Source: Takakia lepidozioides (lineage: Eukaryota; Plantae; Bryophyta). Taken from it: a DNA stretch of 64,000 nucleotides. The stretch is taken from positions 66,216,001 to 66,280,000 of the forward strand of contig CM060733.1 in NCBI GenBank assembly GCA_030704615.1. Direction: 5' to 3'. The notes below the pieces were generated by a model that was not told the origin of the DNA, did not search any database, and was given only the letters and a program-made list of their open reading frames with translations. Positions 60,819 through 64,000 of this stretch are shown piece by piece (the stretch's first letter is position 1; every line of letters begins with the position of its first letter). Position numbers and translations under genes: made by a program.

Positions 60819-62600
60819 GACACCTGGCCGACAGAGAACATCCCACGGATGGAAAAATGACGCCGAATTTCCATACAAGGCCCGTCGGATGAAGTCGTCT
60901 CGGGGGGAGAGGCCGACACCTGGCCGACAGAGAACTTCCCTCGGATGAAAAAACGGCGCCGAATTTCCATCAGAGGCTGTTCGGATGAAGTTGTCTTGGG
61001 GGGAGAGGCTGACACCTGGCCGATAGAGAACATCCCACGGATGGAAAAATGGCGCCGAATTTCAATACGAGGCCCGTTGGATGAAGTCGTCTCGAGGGGA
61101 GAGGCCGACACCTGGCCGACAGAGAACATCCCTCAGATGGAAAAACGGCGCCGAATCTCCAATGAGGCCGTTCGGATGAAGTTGTCTCGGGGGGAGAGGC
61201 CGACACCTGGCCTATAGAGAATATCCCCCGGATGGCAAAACGGCGCCGAATTTCCATACAAGGCCCGTCGGATGAAGTCGTCTCAGGGGGAGAGGCCGAC
61301 ACCTGGCCGACAGAGAATATCCCTCGGATGGAAAAACGGCGCCGAATTTCCATCCGAGGCCGTTCGGATGAAGTGGTCTCGGGGGAGAGGCCGACACCTG
61401 GCCGACAGAGAACATCCCCCGGATGAAAAAACGGCGCCGAATTTCCATACGAGGCCCGTCGGATGAAGTCGTCTCGGGGGGAGAGGCCGACACCTGACCG
61501 ACAGAGAATATCCATCAGATGGAAAAACGGCGCCGTTTTTCCATCCGATGGCGTTCGGATGAAGTCGTCTCGTGGGGAGAGGATGACACCTGCCCGACAG
61601 AGAATATCCCTCGGATGGAAAAACGGCGCCGAATTTCCATCCGAGGCCGTTCGGATGAAGTTGTCTCGGGGGGAGAGGCCGACACCTGGCCGACAGAGAA
61701 CATCCCCCGGATGGAAAAACGGCGCCGAATTTCCATACGAGGCCCGTCGGATGAAGTCGTCTCGGGGGGAGAGGCCGACACCTGGCCGACAGAGAATATC
61801 CATCGGATGGAAAAACGGCGCCGAATTTCCATCCGAGGCCGTTCGGATGAAGTTGTTTCGGGGGGAAAGGCCGATACCTGGCCAACAGAGAACATCCCCC
61901 GGATAGAAAAACGGCGCCGAATTTCCATACGAGGCCCGTCGGATGAAGTCGTCTCGGGGGGAGAGGCCGACACCTGGCCGACAGACCCCCGACAGAGAAC
62001 TTCCATCGGATGGAAAAACGGCGCCGAATTTCCATCCGAGGCCGTTCGGATGAAGTCGTCTCGTGGGGAGAGGACGACACCTGCCCGACAGAGAACATCC
62101 CCCGGATGGAAAAACGGCGCCGAATTTCCATACGAGGCCCGTCGGATGAAGTCGTCTCGGGAGAGGCCGACACCTGGCCGACAGAGAACCTCCCCCAGAT
62201 GGAAAAACGGTGCCGAATTTCCATCCGAGGCCGTTCGGATGAAGTCGTCGCGGGGGGAGAGGCGGACACCTGGCCGACAGAGAACATCCATCGGATGGAA
62301 AAATGGCGCCGAATTTCCATTCAAGGCCCGTTGGATGAAGTCGTCTCGGGGGGAGAGGCCGACACCTGGCCGACAGAGAACATCCCCCGGATGGAAAAAC
62401 GGCGCTGAATTTCCAGACGAGGCCCGTCGAATGAAGTCGTCTCGGGGGGAGAGGCTGACATCTAGCCGACAGAGAACATCCCTCGGATGGAAAAACGGCG
62501 CCGTATTTCCATCCAAGGCCGCACGGATGGAGTCGTCTCGGGGGGAGTGGCCGAAAGAGATCAACTGCAGGATGGAAAAACGACGCCGAATATCCATCAA
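60819..62600. repeat. 96-bp tandem array (~18.5 copies) with alternating A/B subunits, one palindrome per unit
   Basis: GACACCTGGCCGACAGAGAA at 60819, 60915, 61011, 61107...; core GATGGAAAAACGGCGCCGAATTTCCAT; alternating CCATACGAGGCCCGTCGG and CCATCCGAGGCCGTTCGG. Confidence 0.95.
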
Positions 62601-62738
62601 CAGACGCCCGTATCGACCCTTCATCAACAATTTTGATTCGTTTTTCGTGTTTTTTTGTCTAATCAGTCACTCAACTTAGAGTTTTGGCCTGCGGTCCACT
62701 TTTTGGCACGTTATGCCCACCAATGTCGTCCGGTAGAG

Positions 62739-63072
62739 ACAAATTTGGTGCCGGATTTCCATCCATGAGGTGGACCGACTTACTTGCAGGATGGAAATTC
62801 GGCGCCGGTTTTCCATCCGGCCGCGCTCCCGCTTGCCTGCAGGATGGAAATTCGGCGTCGGTTTTCCATCTTGCAGCGCTCCGGTTTACTTGCAAGATGG
62901 AAATTCGGCGCCGGTTTTCCATCCTGCAGCGCTCCGGTTTACCTGCAAGATGGAAATTCGGCGCCGGTTTTCCATCCGGCTGCTTCTGGATGAGAACGTC
63001 TCGGGCGGAGGGAAGGCCACGGTGTGTTCCACTTCATCCGCTGAATGGAAATTCTGCGCCGTTTTTTCCATC
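62739..63072. repeat. Inverted-orientation palindrome array, 53-bp period
   Basis: GGAAATTCGGCGCCGGTTTTCC at 62793, 62846, 62899, 62952, then 63047; degenerate copy at ~62739. Confidence 0.9.
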
Positions 63073-63323
63073 CAGCGGGCTGTTGATGAAGTCTCGGGGG
63101 GAGGGTGGGCCAGGTGGCGCCTGTGGGCGACCTCCATACCTACATTTAAGGGCGCAGTTGTGCATTAAATGTCCTCTACCGTCTGTTTTGAACCGGACGT
63201 TCCACACGGATACCGCGCTTGCTTCCCGGATACACCTTCGACACCTGATGTGACGGGTGGATGAAGTTCCATTCGAGGCATGTACGCACGTATTCTGCGG
63301 GAATTTTTTTCTTTTATTCGGAC

Positions 63324-64000
63324 TTATGCCGCGTGGAGAAGGGCTTGGCTCTCTTGAGAGAAACCCCACATCCAGACCGCGTCGCAAACTAAAGCCTTTG
63401 TACTACGGGCGGCAATGCCGACCAGCCGAACGGCGACAAAGCGGCGCTCGCCCTCAAATGCCAACTTCTTGGCAGAGCCAGTCCCAGTCCGAACTGACTT
63501 GGGAACCCGGACGACCGGCGACTTGGTAGCAGCAGCAGCAGTCGCAGGACCTTGCACAAAGTCGTCGTCGGAGTCACTCCCTTGGGGCCCCTCCTGCGCC
63601 TCCTCTGGTGCCCCGGTGGTTTTCTGTTTTTTGGGGGTTACTTTACTCCCCTGTTTCCGTGTCCTTTTCATTTGTCCTTTATTCTCTCATTCAATTTCTC
63701 TTGAATACCTGCCTGAGCAAGCTTTGCCGCTTTCCTGGACTTGGCAAGCGCTTCCGCCTCCTTTGGACCCAGCGGAGGCAGCGGAGCCTGGTTTCGTCGG
63801 GCCTTCGCATCCAGCTTCAATTGGAACTCAGATGAGTCGAGCGAGCCGGGCGGAAGGTCCACATACCAAGGGCAGTCGCGCAAATGCTCCAAATGCCACT
63901 CCTTCACGATAACGTTAGTGTACATGGAGTCAGCTCCAGGGTTCCTCCATGCGAGGAAGAATGGCGGCTGGAAGGACAGATGACCTTTCTCCAACAGGGA
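63324..64000 (-). pseudogene. 3' end of an unidentified MULE2 cargo gene
   Basis: Two overlapping ORFs (frameshift ~63670): FFLAWRNPG...EWHLEHLRDCPWY, basic/acidic linker, RFVAVRLVG...ALLHAA*, followed by AATAAA. Confidence 0.45.

Larger units (their letters stand above)
57136..64000 (-). mobile_element. MULE2: related Mutator-like element running off the window
   Basis: TIR start GAGGTTAGCTATTTCATGAGC, transposase clearly homologous to MULE1, related palindrome arrays. Confidence 0.8.

Noticed and set aside
60707-63253. Long ORFs of 32-aa repeats (MEKRRRISIRG...)
   Set aside because: By-product of a stop-poor 96-bp unit; open on both strands and several frames, and frames shift at indels.

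Overview
Eukaryotic land-plant DNA (GT-AG introns, PLS/E-class PPR remnants; lineage not determinable, probably a non-seed plant). The window opens with the last four exons of a mitochondrial-type GUF1/LepA (EF-4) gene (522-2056). The rest is a nest of mostly decayed and rearranged transposons: a CACTA TnpD gene split by a 16.1-kb Athila-like Ty3/gypsy LTR element (12974-29075, itself containing a CACTA fragment), two more truncated gypsy elements of that lineage, a chromovirus-type fragment, PPR remnants, and two related Mutator-like elements (MULE1 ~31560-42325, MULE2 57136->64000). The main candidate novel system is in the MULEs. MULE1 carries, divergent from its DDE/SWIM transposase, a spliced gene encoding a ParB/Srx-like domain (DGNHRL) fused to a bacterial-type beta-class amino (N6A/N4C) DNA methyltransferase fold. 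Both MULEs carry arrays of a ~22-bp palindrome (GGAAA-NN-CGGCGCCG-NN-TTTCC) spaced at near-integral helical turns, with an exact 53-bp period in both families. This suggests a parS/ParB-like self-recognition or self-marking module. All calls come from manual motif reading; no searches were run, and the copies here are pseudogenised.
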